Source of the DNA: an uncultured Patescibacteria group bacterium
GTDB taxonomy: Bacteria > Patescibacteriota > Microgenomatia > UBA1400 > PJMF01
Direction: 5' to 3'
NCBI GenBank assembly: GCA_905478415.1
Contig: CAJQIG010000001.1
Coordinates: forward strand, 8,818-72,817
DNA: 64,000 nt
In this document: positions 1 to 9,216 of the stretch, one piece after another
How positions within the stretch are numbered: the first letter of the stretch is position 1
Layout: each line of letters opens with the position of its first letter
The notes under the pieces: model-generated
Databases searched by the model: none
Seen by the model: only the letters and a program-made list of their open reading frames with translations
What the model was told of the DNA's origin: nothing
Position numbers and translations under genes: made by a program

Positions 1-166
1 ACGTATAGCACAAATGATTTCCGAACTTAAAAAGGGTAATGTTTATATGGGTATGAGTTGGTAGAAAAATCTCAGTCAATTGTGGTTAAATATATAAAAT
101 AAATGTAATTGATTTAATCAATACCCATGTATCAGACGGAAGTAAAATTGTGAGATAATTAGTGAT

Positions 167-484
167 ATGAGAATAAATCAAAATAAAAGTTATTTATATG
201 CGGTTATCTTTGGTATCTCTTTTGGTCTCGCTGATTCACTTTTAATGCTTCCACTTCAATTTGAGAATAAGGTACTTGCTATTTCAAGTGCATTTCTCCA
301 ACGCTTCGCAATTGGCTTTCTTATCCCCTTTGTCTCGTTGCCAGTTTCGGGAATTCTCAAAGGAATTATTATTAGTCTGCTGATTAGTTTTCCTACCGCT
401 CTGATAACAGGTTCATATGGACCCATTTTAATTACAGGAATTATTGGTGGGGCAATAATTGGTAAGTTAAGTACTAAAAAATAA
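167..484 (+). CDS. Small multi-pass membrane protein, unknown function
   Basis: 105 aa, almost entirely hydrophobic Gly-rich helices; lies left of the inferred attL. Confidence 0.7.
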   Translation: MRINQNKSYLYAVIFGISFGLADSLLMLPLQFENKVLAISSAFLQRFAIGFLIPFVSLPVSGILKGIIISLLISFPTALITGSYGPILITGIIGGAIIGKLSTKK

Positions 485-485
485 T

Positions 486-821
486 ATGGAAGAGAAACTT
501 TTTGAAGGTAAAAATTCTGAAGTTATAGCGATATATATAGCAATTAAGCACACGGTCAACAAATTGGATGCTGTCAAATTTGAAACAAAAAAAACTTCAA
601 TTCATGTAGTTGCACGGGTTGCGTTCTTGGGTATTCATCCTAAAACAAAATGGCTTGATCTAAACATAGTGACTGTAGAATCTATCACCTCACCAAGAGT
701 TAGCAAAACCGAAAGAGTTTCTGCAAATAGATTTCACAATACTATACGACTAACCGAAGAATCACAGGTTGATAGTGAACTTATCAACTGGATTAAAAAG
801 TCCTATGCTCAACTCCGCTGA
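486..821 (+). CDS. DUF5655-like protein
   Basis: KKTSIH..AFLGIHPK..VSANRFHNTIRL..D.ELI.WIK.SY pattern typical of this family; 1 nt after the upstream stop. Confidence 0.65.
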   Translation: MEEKLFEGKNSEVIAIYIAIKHTVNKLDAVKFETKKTSIHVVARVAFLGIHPKTKWLDLNIVTVESITSPRVSKTERVSANRFHNTIRLTEESQVDSELINWIKKSYAQLR

Positions 822-891
822 CAAAAGCTTGTATTAACGCTGGTTCAATGTTGAACTGAGGGTATGCAAAACTCTCGAGAAAAAAAACGAT

Positions 892-900
892 GTGAGCCCA
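892..900 (+). repeat. Candidate attL core GTGAGCCCA
   Basis: 8/9 match to GTGACCCCA at 36184-36192 (tRNA-Glu 3' end), in the same codon phase as the recombinase ORF. Confidence 0.65.
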
Positions 901-1028
901 TTGTCCCTCAGTTGGAACACCTCTTCAAGAGCATTTTACATACATACTCCAGACTAAAAGAGCTTGGATTTACCTATTTTGATGGAACCGTGAGTATAAT
1001 TGAAACGGAAGGAGATTCTCATGACTAG
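894..1028 (+). other. Start-less 44-codon frame, putative alternative C-terminus of the recombinase in the excised circle
   Basis: EPIVPQLEHLFKSILHTYSRLKELGFTYFDGTVSIIETEGDSHD*; begins at the att core; stop lies just past the ATG of the PLD gene (8-nt overlap). Confidence 0.6.
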
Positions 1029-1494
1029 TTTGAGTGGTAAAAATGAGGGGAAATTTATTTCTCATTTATTCGATGAGAAATCGTTCTATTCTTCTTTTCT
1101 TTCTGATTTAGAAGACTGTGAGCATGAAGTAATAATTGAGAGTCCATTTATATCTAAGTCTCGAATGGATGTCCTTCTGCCCTTCTTCAGGCGATTGGTG
1201 AATCGAGATGTGACTGTGTACGTAATAACTAAAGACCCAAGCATTCTTGATGAACCATTAGCTTCGTATTCTCGAGAGATCATTCGAGAGTTTGAGATGT
1301 TGGGTGTGCATGTTTTGGCTACTGCAAATCACCACCACAGAAAGCTGGCTATTTTGGATAGGCAGGTTTTATGGGAAGGAAGTTTAAACATTCTTTCGCA
1401 ATCGAATAGCAGAGAAATTATGAGAAGAATCCAGGGCGAAGAACATGCACAAGAGATGTTTGAGTTCTTAAAACTTGGCAGATTTATAGAATAG
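1021..1494 (+). CDS. Single-HKD phospholipase D-like (PLDc_2) protein, probable nuclease
   Basis: HRKLAILD (HxKxxxxD) plus GSLN motif and IIESPFI; ATG 1021 follows a GGAAGGAG RBS. Confidence 0.8.
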   Translation: MTSLSGKNEGKFISHLFDEKSFYSSFLSDLEDCEHEVIIESPFISKSRMDVLLPFFRRLVNRDVTVYVITKDPSILDEPLASYSREIIREFEMLGVHVLATANHHHRKLAILDRQVLWEGSLNILSQSNSREIMRRIQGEEHAQEMFEFLKLGRFIE

Positions 1495-1522
1495 CAAGTA
1501 TGCGTTACAATACAGGCAGATT

Positions 1523-1747
1523 ATGACAAAGAAAAACACTGGTTACCAGATTAACGAAAAAGATATAGAGGCTACCCTAAAATATCTGAAATTGAATGGT
1601 GAGCTTGAAGCTACCCGTGAAGATGCAATTCAATATCTTGAAGAACATCAAGTAATGGCACATGTAGCGGCACACAAGATTGTTGAGGATGAACAACTCG
1701 CTATAGCACCAAAAAAGGAAGTAAAAAAGCTAGAGTCAGGTGACTAA
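1523..1747 (+). CDS. Hypothetical protein (74 aa)
   Basis: ORF with upstream TACAAT -10 box; no family recognised. Confidence 0.6.
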   Translation: MTKKNTGYQINEKDIEATLKYLKLNGELEATREDAIQYLEEHQVMAHVAAHKIVEDEQLAIAPKKEVKKLESGD

Positions 1748-1950
1748 AAATCCAGAATATCAGAAGATCTAACTTTTAAAGCTTTGGCAATATCTTTAAG
1801 CACCTCCAGAGAAGGATTTTCTTCATCACGCTCTATGCGAGCATAATAATTTGAGCTAATCTTTGCTCTCTCAGCCAACTCAACCTGAGTGAGTTGTTTT
1901 TCTTTTCGTAGTTTTTTAAGGTTTTTTCCTATTTTTGTTTTTGGTGGCAT
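1744..1950 (-). CDS. XRE/Cro-C1 family HTH transcriptional regulator
   Basis: LKKLRKEKQLTQVELAERAKISSNYYARIERDEENPSLEVL, a canonical HTH_3 pattern. Confidence 0.92.
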   Translation of the reverse strand: MPPKTKIGKNLKKLRKEKQLTQVELAERAKISSNYYARIERDEENPSLEVLKDIAKALKVRSSDILDF

Positions 1951-1958
1951 AGTAGTAT

Positions 1959-3749
1959 TTATTTATTCCAAATGTGAATTTTTTTAACTAGTTCATTTAT
2001 TTTTTTATTCAAGTCAGTACCTTTTTCAAAGGTCTCTTTGTTAATGTGTTTGATTAATTGATTTGCAGCATCAACTTTAATATAGGAAGTTGAAAGATTG
2101 CTTATCTTGGTATATTTACTCATACCTTGAATATTTAAAATAGATTCAAAAGTTTCTGATGGTACGTAGTTTTCAATTTCTCTACCTTGAGTTACCCAGA
2201 CCATTGCATTATCACTGAGGTTATTTATTTCAGAACGAATTCTTTCTTTGGTTGCATTGATTTTGTCTGTTTCTTTTGTTTTGTCGCTATCGATAATTAC
2301 AGCAATATTTCTATTTAGTTTAACAAGATTAATGAAATCACTAACCTCTTCATTTTGATCTGCGGTAACTTGCGCTGATAAATGACTGAGTAGTTTACCG
2401 CCATAAAACATGATGCTGTAGTGAATGCCTTCTTTTAAAGATTCATCTTTTAGATTAATCCAGTGATTAATTAAAATTCTGTCTGACGGACCTTCTACCC
2501 AAATTATTCCGTTTGTTTGTAATATGTCGCTAGCTTTTACCCCAAGATCATCTAATACGGACTGAAGAATCTTTTCATCAGCTTTGTTAATATTTGTTAA
2601 GCCATTATTTGTAAATACTCTGTAAATGCTACTGCTTTCATCTGTAAATGAGTTAATAAGAACACTAGAGTGCGAACTTATCAAATATTGGTGATCGGTT
2701 TTATCTCTCAAAAAATCAATAAGTCTTCTTTGCATTATTGGATCTAAATGTACTTCTGGTTCCTCAAGAGAAATCAATGAGTTATTTGGTGAATATAGAA
2801 TATCAACTACTAGCACAATTAATTCTTCAACACTTGAACCCCATGATTTATATGACATTATTTGACCATCAACATCTTTTTTGGGCTCTATTAGTAGGTG
2901 AGATTTATCATTTGGAATTACGATTTCTACTTCAATATCAAGCAGATCAGAAATAAACTGGTTGAGAATTTTATATTTTTTTCTGTGTTGTTGATATGAA
3001 TTTTTTGGGGAACTCCAGTCAGAAATCATATCAATTACTCTACTTCCATTGAAGTCTAGCTGGTTGATAATGCGACTTGCTGTGTTCCCATCATCCTTGT
3101 CTGATGTTCCGCCAATTTTTCTGACAGCTTTTATCATCCTCATTTGATTATGAAATGCCTTGAGTTGATTTAGCATTACCCAGAGGTAATTAAATTTTCC
3201 AGATCTAGTGCCTGAAAATTTTCCATAATCATCATTAAATTGTGACTCATTGAATGAACCAACGGCTTGTCTGAAAACTTTTTTATGAGTGGAAATTAAT
3301 GGTGTATCATTCCAAATTAACTCATTTAGGTTGAAGTGGAGTTGATTTTCGTTTTCGATACCAACGCTTATAGCGAGAGTTATTAAGTTCCTATCATTAT
3401 TAAAAAGCTCTGCTTGGAAAGTTTTATTTTCTCCAGAAAAGCCTGATAGAAGTTGCTCCTTTTCATCATCAGAAAAGGAGAATGATATTGAGAAATCAAG
3501 GCTTTTATCTGTGTTAAAAAAGTCTTCTACACTAGAGTGTGAGTTATTTATGCTAGGAGTAATTGAACCAGATAATGATGGAATCTTTCTAAGAATATCT
3601 GAAATAAAAGGCACTATTCTAATTATGTTAGATTTTCCAGCATTATTTTCTCCAATGAATAAATTAAATCGTTGAAGATCATTAAGTTCAAGATGTGCAT
3701 TAGAACTTATACTCCTAAAATTTCTAATTTTTATGTTTGTTACTTTCAT
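1959..3749 (-). CDS. OLD-family ATP-dependent nuclease (ABC ATPase + TOPRIM), standalone
   Basis: Walker A GENNAGKS, Walker B/D-loop LEEPEVHL, H-switch SSHS, TOPRIM WVEGPSD and IIDSD. Confidence 0.85.
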   Translation of the reverse strand: MKVTNIKIRNFRSISSNAHLELNDLQRFNLFIGENNAGKSNIIRIVPFISDILRKIPSLSGSITPSINNSHSSVEDFFNTDKSLDFSISFSFSDDEKEQLLSGFSGENKTFQAELFNNDRNLITLAISVGIENENQLHFNLNELIWNDTPLISTHKKVFRQAVGSFNESQFNDDYGKFSGTRSGKFNYLWVMLNQLKAFHNQMRMIKAVRKIGGTSDKDDGNTASRIINQLDFNGSRVIDMISDWSSPKNSYQQHRKKYKILNQFISDLLDIEVEIVIPNDKSHLLIEPKKDVDGQIMSYKSWGSSVEELIVLVVDILYSPNNSLISLEEPEVHLDPIMQRRLIDFLRDKTDHQYLISSHSSVLINSFTDESSSIYRVFTNNGLTNINKADEKILQSVLDDLGVKASDILQTNGIIWVEGPSDRILINHWINLKDESLKEGIHYSIMFYGGKLLSHLSAQVTADQNEEVSDFINLVKLNRNIAVIIDSDKTKETDKINATKERIRSEINNLSDNAMVWVTQGREIENYVPSETFESILNIQGMSKYTKISNLSTSYIKVDAANQLIKHINKETFEKGTDLNKKINELVKKIHIWNK

Positions 3750-3773
3750 TAATTGTATTGTATCAATATAGTG

Positions 3774-4391
3774 TTAGTTTGTACCTTGTAATATAGTTTT
3801 CGGATTCACAGGTATTCCATACACCCTTATTTCAAAGTGCAAATGAGGACCTGTAGACCATCCAGTACTTCCCATTTCTCCGATTGAATCAGTCACTTTT
3901 ACTTCCTGTCCTTCATAAACTGTAATTCGATTGAGATGAGCGTATACAGATGTAATATTGTCTCCATGATCAATAATTACGTGTTTTCCATATCCCCAAA
4001 AAATCTCGCCAGCATAAGTTATAGTCCCATCCATAAAGGGTGATATTTTATCTCCCACTTTGCCCTGTGAGTTGGCAATATCTATTCCTGCATGAAACTT
4101 TTGGTAACCACTAGATTTAGCAAACTCAAGTGTAGTTACACCCTGAACAGGCCAAGTAACTTTTTTTGATACTTCTTTAACAACAGATCCGTCTGCAGGG
4201 TTTTTTATTTGAATAGTCTGTGTTTCGGGTTCAACATCTATCAGTGCGTCTGAGACAATGTTGATACCTGTGTGCATCAGAATAACTACTGCAATTATTG
4301 GCAGAGATATTAAAACCAAAAATGAAAACGCTACAAACTGCAGTTCTCGTCTAAAAGACCAAATGGTGTGAGCGGTAAGTACTGCATGCAT
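3774..4391 (-). CDS. M23 family peptidase with N-terminal membrane anchor (conjugative cell-wall hydrolase)
   Basis: HAGID (HxxxD), YAHL and STGPHLHFE motifs; last gene of the T4SS operon. Confidence 0.9.
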   Translation of the reverse strand: MHAVLTAHTIWSFRRELQFVAFSFLVLISLPIIAVVILMHTGINIVSDALIDVEPETQTIQIKNPADGSVVKEVSKKVTWPVQGVTTLEFAKSSGYQKFHAGIDIANSQGKVGDKISPFMDGTITYAGEIFWGYGKHVIIDHGDNITSVYAHLNRITVYEGQEVKVTDSIGEMGSTGWSTGPHLHFEIRVYGIPVNPKTILQGTN

Positions 4392-6206
4392 CTACAAATA
4401 TAAATCTTTCGGATCAGTGGTTAACATTGGATGTTCTTTTTCTGAGGCTACTATTTTGACTGCAACATGATTTTGATCAGCTATGATCAGTGCCTCACCT
4501 CGATCACAAGTGAGCAAGAATTGTTGTTCGTATTCACTCAAGTTAAATTCCTGCACTACTTTTTTGATTGATGTAGTATCCTGCTTCATTAGAATTCTCA
4601 ACGATGATTGAGATGCAATTGCTCTGCCATATTCTTGATTTAAAAAGTCATTAGCTTGCTGGGAAATAAGTGTGACTCCTAAGTAGTGTTTACGAGCACG
4701 TCTGACTAGTCCTGCCAAAAACCTCGCACTCTCTTCATGTTGTAAAAGCAGCCAAGCTTCATCAATGACGAGAATTCTTTTCTGAGGATTTGATTTCACT
4801 TCTGAGTGCACGAAGTTAGCGGTAACCAGAATCATAATTTGCCTGAGTGACTCATCCAAGTCTTTAATATCAAAAATGACTAAGCGGTTGGAAAGATCCA
4901 CATTCGTTTGTGAATCAAAAACACTGGAAAGTGAGCCAGACACAAACTTATCCAGCCTGTGACACAGCTCTTTTTGTTTCATTTTCTTAAGCACTTTATA
5001 GAAGTCTTTGAGTAGTGGGAATTTCTGATCTGCTTCGTAGTTTCGTTTTCGCATGCTGATACCAAACTGTTTGTAGGTTTCAATCAAAGCTTTATCGACT
5101 ACAGCTCGTTCTTCGTCAGTCAGTGACCTTGCCATTAGAGAAATAATTTCAGTCAGATCTTGAATATGTTCAGCCAATCCATTTTGACCTGTAAATGATT
5201 TGAGTGAAAAATCAAAAGGGTTAATTTTTTCTTTGGAGGTAGCAGATAGCCTGATATAGGTACCTTTAACTGATTTTGCTAGCTGTTTGTATTCCCGCTC
5301 TGGATCGATGACAATGACTTTGGTTTGTTGCATCAGTTGTCTTAAAATCTCGACTTTTGCAGTATAGCTTTTACCTGAACCTGACTGAGCAAAAATAATA
5401 GAGTTAGCATTGTTGAGTGAAAAGCGATCTACTATTACCAGCGAGTTATTCGACTTGTTAATGCCATACAAAATACCAGACTCTTGCACTAGTTCTGATG
5501 AAACAAATGGAAAAGTTAGTGCAGCACTAGAGCTATCTAGGTTTCGTTTTTGATTCAATTGGTTTTCACCACGTGGCAAGATGGATTGCAAACCTTCAAG
5601 TTGTTGGAAGGTGGCAGTTTTGATGTAAAACATTCTAGAAGCCATGATGGTTTCAATTACTTGAGTTGTTTTATTAAGCTCTTCCAAACTGTCAGCACTC
5701 AACGTCATATAGATGGAAATTTGAAACAGTTTTTCTTGTCCTCTTTGAATTTTGTCCTTAAGCTCCATAGCAGATTCAAGCGGATCAGTAATTTCAGATC
5801 CAATTACTTTTCCTGCCTTGAGCATGCTTCGTTTAGTTGACTCAAGCTCGGTGATTTTACGATTTAATTTTGGCAATGCCATCAGAGGATCAACATGCTC
5901 AATATGATAAGAGATATCTAGGTCATGGTTGAAGTTGATCAACATATTCAGCCAACCAACATTAGCAACATATGGGTAGCCAGAGATAAACAGCGTTCGT
6001 ACAAACGTATCACCTATTTGTAGGTAGGTTGATTCTTCCATCAGACCTGAGTAAGAAATTAAATCAACCTGATCTTGTTCTCCAAAACTAAACTGAAGTG
6101 AAAGGCGTTCCCTTCGGTTTTTCTCCTGTTGGGTTTTAAACTTTCGAACCTTTTTTCGTTTCCATTTTTGTAAGTTGTGGTAGTGGGTTTGAACATTGTT
6201 AAACAT
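4392..6206 (-). CDS. VirB4/ConE-like conjugative ATPase
   Basis: Walker A AQSGSGKS, IDPEREY, IDEAW, RRARKH, ISQQ motifs. Confidence 0.9.
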   Translation of the reverse strand: MFNNVQTHYHNLQKWKRKKVRKFKTQQEKNRRERLSLQFSFGEQDQVDLISYSGLMEESTYLQIGDTFVRTLFISGYPYVANVGWLNMLINFNHDLDISYHIEHVDPLMALPKLNRKITELESTKRSMLKAGKVIGSEITDPLESAMELKDKIQRGQEKLFQISIYMTLSADSLEELNKTTQVIETIMASRMFYIKTATFQQLEGLQSILPRGENQLNQKRNLDSSSAALTFPFVSSELVQESGILYGINKSNNSLVIVDRFSLNNANSIIFAQSGSGKSYTAKVEILRQLMQQTKVIVIDPEREYKQLAKSVKGTYIRLSATSKEKINPFDFSLKSFTGQNGLAEHIQDLTEIISLMARSLTDEERAVVDKALIETYKQFGISMRKRNYEADQKFPLLKDFYKVLKKMKQKELCHRLDKFVSGSLSSVFDSQTNVDLSNRLVIFDIKDLDESLRQIMILVTANFVHSEVKSNPQKRILVIDEAWLLLQHEESARFLAGLVRRARKHYLGVTLISQQANDFLNQEYGRAIASQSSLRILMKQDTTSIKKVVQEFNLSEYEQQFLLTCDRGEALIIADQNHVAVKIVASEKEHPMLTTDPKDLYL

Positions 6207-6819
6207 AATTGTGCTGTAGTATTGCTTTCATAGTAGTACTGGTTAATTCTTGAGTTTTTATCTGGCCTTTGTTGTAGAAGCTATAAAAGAGATGGAGGAC
6301 TTCTAAACTATCAAGCTTTCTGGCTTTCATCCCAAGTTTTTCTAGAGCTTTAATTACCATATCTTGAGTTAAATTGAGTTGAGCCTGTGCAAGCTCAAAG
6401 GTATTGCCTTTGGTTTCTGGTTTGTAAGGTAGGACGATGTAAAACCTTCGAGATAGAATTTTGTTGCCAGATACAAGCTGGCGAATAAACTGGGTGTAAT
6501 CACTAATTTGTTCTAGATATTGCTTCTCATTTTCTGTTTCCTTGAGTAAGTCGATGGAATCAACGTATTGATCAATATCCACTTCACGAATACGAATCAA
6601 TATTTGTAGTTGGGAAGGTAGTGAGTTTAGAAATGTTTGAAAGCTATCAATCAACACATCCTGTTCGGCTTCACTCTTGAGTTCGAAGTTAACTGAGGAC
6701 GTTTCAATAACTAGTCGATGCTCGTTGTTTGGTAAAACCAAAATCCCGTCACGCACTTCTTTGATGGCAATTTGGTTTCGAGAGCTAACTTTATTAAGAG
6801 ATTTTTTCAAAGGCCACAT
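6199..6819 (-). CDS. VirB4-associated T4SS protein (resembles the N-terminal domain of monoderm TraE/VirB4)
   Basis: SVNFELKSEAEQD..FLNSL..LQI..RRFYIV pattern; overlaps both prgI and virB4. Confidence 0.65.
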   Translation of the reverse strand: MWPLKKSLNKVSSRNQIAIKEVRDGILVLPNNEHRLVIETSSVNFELKSEAEQDVLIDSFQTFLNSLPSQLQILIRIREVDIDQYVDSIDLLKETENEKQYLEQISDYTQFIRQLVSGNKILSRRFYIVLPYKPETKGNTFELAQAQLNLTQDMVIKALEKLGMKARKLDSLEVLHLFYSFYNKGQIKTQELTSTTMKAILQHNYV

Positions 6820-7300
6820 TGAGTCCTCCTTTCTTGCCAGAACGATAGGTTAGATTGAAATCAGTTTTTTCTAGAAGATGGCGTAGTTTCAGTACATCTT
6901 TAATATCAGGTGTAGCAAGGTATTTTTGTACTTCTTTTTCAAGCTGTTCCTGTTTAACAGTTACTGTTTGAACTTCTGGCTTTATTATTTCTCGATTAGT
7001 TGCTGAATTCTTGTTGTAGATGTAATACTTTGGCCTTGCGTTGTATCGAATCAATATGCTAAGCCAACTGGCGATGATTCTGCCTTTGACTCTGACAGCA
7101 AGCGTGATGCTTAAAACAGCAAAGATGCACGTTAGAACAAGCTTATAGATAACAAAAGTCATGGTAGGTGGTAGGAAAGCGTAGATAAATGTTGCAATCA
7201 AGACTGGCATGAGTAGAAGCATGATTTGTGTCAGACTAAAGTTGCCTGCAATCTTATCTTCTACTGTAGTTATTTGAGCTGGTATGACTTGACTTCTCAT
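6794..7300 (-). CDS. PrgI/VirB3-like conjugative membrane protein
   Basis: IPAQITTVEDKIAGNFSLTQI N-terminus, two TM helices, GR...W..RY...PK.Y. Confidence 0.8.
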   Translation of the reverse strand: MRSQVIPAQITTVEDKIAGNFSLTQIMLLLMPVLIATFIYAFLPPTMTFVIYKLVLTCIFAVLSITLAVRVKGRIIASWLSILIRYNARPKYYIYNKNSATNREIIKPEVQTVTVKQEQLEKEVQKYLATPDIKDVLKLRHLLEKTDFNLTYRSGKKGGLNVAFEKIS

Positions 7301-8595
7301 ATGTTTACTACCTTCTTTGATACTTTGGCCGCTGCATTCTGAGCTTGTGCCCTGCTGGCAGTTGCAGCGTTATCTGTAGTCATCACGTTAATAATTTGGT
7401 TCCCGAGTTTTTTCATTGCTCCCGAGTTAGCGGTGTACATGACCATCTGCATCATGAGATTTGGAGTTTTGAGTAAGGTGATAAAAAGTCCGATTCCCAC
7501 TGCTATTGAAATGATCGAGTTTTCACTATGGTCTGGAAGAGTCAAAAACGAGCTAGCTAATTGAATTATCACCACATGGACAAAAACAATAAAAATACTG
7601 ACAAGATACGTTTTTATGGCAATCAAGGCAAAGTCTGAAAATTTAGGTAGGGCTGAAAGTAAGAAAATAAAAGGTGACAAAACTGCTCCAAGGGAAATAA
7701 AGATCAAACGGCTGATGTACATAAGCAGTAGCACTATTGAGACAATTAAAAACAGCACCATGAAGATCAAAATTATCAGGGGTGTAGTTCCAGAAATGAC
7801 TGCTGTTGGATTAAAAGCAGCTTCAATCCATGCATGGTTCAGTCCTCCTGTTGAATCTAAGATAACTTTCACCAACATATTGCAGGTGATAATGGCGTAG
7901 TCTGCTAGGAAGAGTGAGATGTTAGTGGCTAAGAAAGTTAGCCCAAGTCTTGGGAGAAGTTGTTTGAGCTCCACTTCTTCAAAACCAAACGAACTTGCAC
8001 TCATAACTTGTAAGCCCATCAGAGCCACTACCAAGATAAATAAAGCGTCCACAATACCGACTGAAATAAACCAAAAATTACGAACCACCTCATTGTCTAA
8101 AAGTGTTGGCGTGGTTGTTAAATACCCAAGCACTCCATTGACAATTGGTTCAGTAGAGCTTTCAACAATGTTTTGGATAAAGCCACCTATGGCATCAATT
8201 AAAACTTGAGTGAGTCCTTCGGATGGTTCAACTGTTTCAATGCTGACAATATCAATCGGTGTGCCAGACCCAGAGGTATTTTGAGAATTCAAAGCATGTT
8301 GGAATACAGAAGTAACCACGTTTGCAGCTAAAACCAAAGTTAAACCAATGACAGCATTGCGAATAGTCTTCTTGGCAGATTCAAGAACTTCGGGTTTTCC
8401 AGCTGAGGTGATGTAGAGATACCCTGCTTTAACTAAAAAAAAGACCGCTGATGCGGTCGCGATTAGAGTGATGATTTGTAATGTACTATTTGTGTATTCT
8501 ATGACATCGGGATTGGTTGATTGAGCAAAAACAGGAGAACTAAACAAAAGGAAAGCAAGTGCGGTTGTTCCAATAGTTGTTAGTACTCTTCTCAT
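7297..8595 (-). CDS. Pilin-like domain fused to VirB6/TrbL-like polytopic membrane protein
   Basis: N-terminal ~100 aa paralogous to the adjacent pilin (YITSAGKPEVLESAKKTI vs YITSSGNPEALEKSKKTI); 6-7 further TM helices with R.IFI...VLSP. Confidence 0.7.
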   Translation of the reverse strand: MRRVLTTIGTTALAFLLFSSPVFAQSTNPDVIEYTNSTLQIITLIATASAVFFLVKAGYLYITSAGKPEVLESAKKTIRNAVIGLTLVLAANVVTSVFQHALNSQNTSGSGTPIDIVSIETVEPSEGLTQVLIDAIGGFIQNIVESSTEPIVNGVLGYLTTTPTLLDNEVVRNFWFISVGIVDALFILVVALMGLQVMSASSFGFEEVELKQLLPRLGLTFLATNISLFLADYAIITCNMLVKVILDSTGGLNHAWIEAAFNPTAVISGTTPLIILIFMVLFLIVSIVLLLMYISRLIFISLGAVLSPFIFLLSALPKFSDFALIAIKTYLVSIFIVFVHVVIIQLASSFLTLPDHSENSIISIAVGIGLFITLLKTPNLMMQMVMYTANSGAMKKLGNQIINVMTTDNAATASRAQAQNAAAKVSKKVVNI

Positions 8596-8620
8596 CAATA
8601 CGTATTCCTTTTCTAATCAA

Positions 8621-8962
8621 TTACATTCCAGATCCAAATGCAGTGGTTGCGACTTGGCTTACCATATTTGAAATAACAAACGCACCAAGTACTAAAGTAA
8701 GTCCGACTGCGGAGTACAGAATAGTTTTTTTGGATTTTTCTAATGCTTCTGGATTTCCTGAGCTCGTAATGTAACCGACACCACCCCAGACGATGAAGCC
8801 TGCTGCTATAAAGCCAGACAAGGTGACCATGATCTGAATCACTTCTTGGATAAAAGATTGAATTTGTCCCACTTCAGCCGACTGAGCAAAGACTGGATTA
8901 GCCACGACTAAGGAAGTAAGAAATATGCTTTGGAGAACTATGAGTTTTTTCATAAACACCAC
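8621..8962 (-). CDS. TrbC/VirB2-like pilin
   Basis: Signal peptide (PVFAQ) plus two hydrophobic helices flanking GGVGYITSSGNPE..EKSKKTI. Confidence 0.8.
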   Translation of the reverse strand: MVFMKKLIVLQSIFLTSLVVANPVFAQSAEVGQIQSFIQEVIQIMVTLSGFIAAGFIVWGGVGYITSSGNPEALEKSKKTILYSAVGLTLVLGAFVISNMVSQVATTAFGSGM

Positions 8963-8998
8963 CCTTTCACTAATTAAAGTATGTTGGGCAGGTGTTAC

Positions 8999-9058
8999 AA
9001 AAAAAGCTACCTCACTAGTGGGCAGCTCTTGTTATAACGCTTTACTTTTGGTTGTAAA
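8999..9058 (-). promoter_or_regulatory. Promoter followed by terminator-like hairpin in the T4SS operon leader
   Basis: TTTACA-16-TATAAC (9058-9031), then AGCTGCCCA-CTAG-TGAGGTAGCT and a T run (9027-8999). Confidence 0.5.
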
Positions 9059-9216
9059 TTGTATCAGATTATATCAGTAGTCTGGTGTATATCAAGAGAG
9101 AAATGTGATTTTGATATCCCGTAACTCTTGAGGTTGTACTATAATGGTGATTGTTAACCGAGATTTTTATATGAATCTTAATAATATATTTAGTCAAGAA
9201 AACAGAAAGCACAATT

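Noticed and set aside
1-891. Long duplicated tRNA-Glu 3' end as the left att site
   Set aside because: Not found. Only the short 892-900 core matches, which suits a serine recombinase but leaves the boundary inferential.
1959-3749. Retron- or PARIS-associated ATPase
   Set aside because: No reverse transcriptase, msr-msd or separate AriB/HNH partner is adjacent. The TOPRIM domain is fused, as in standalone OLD.
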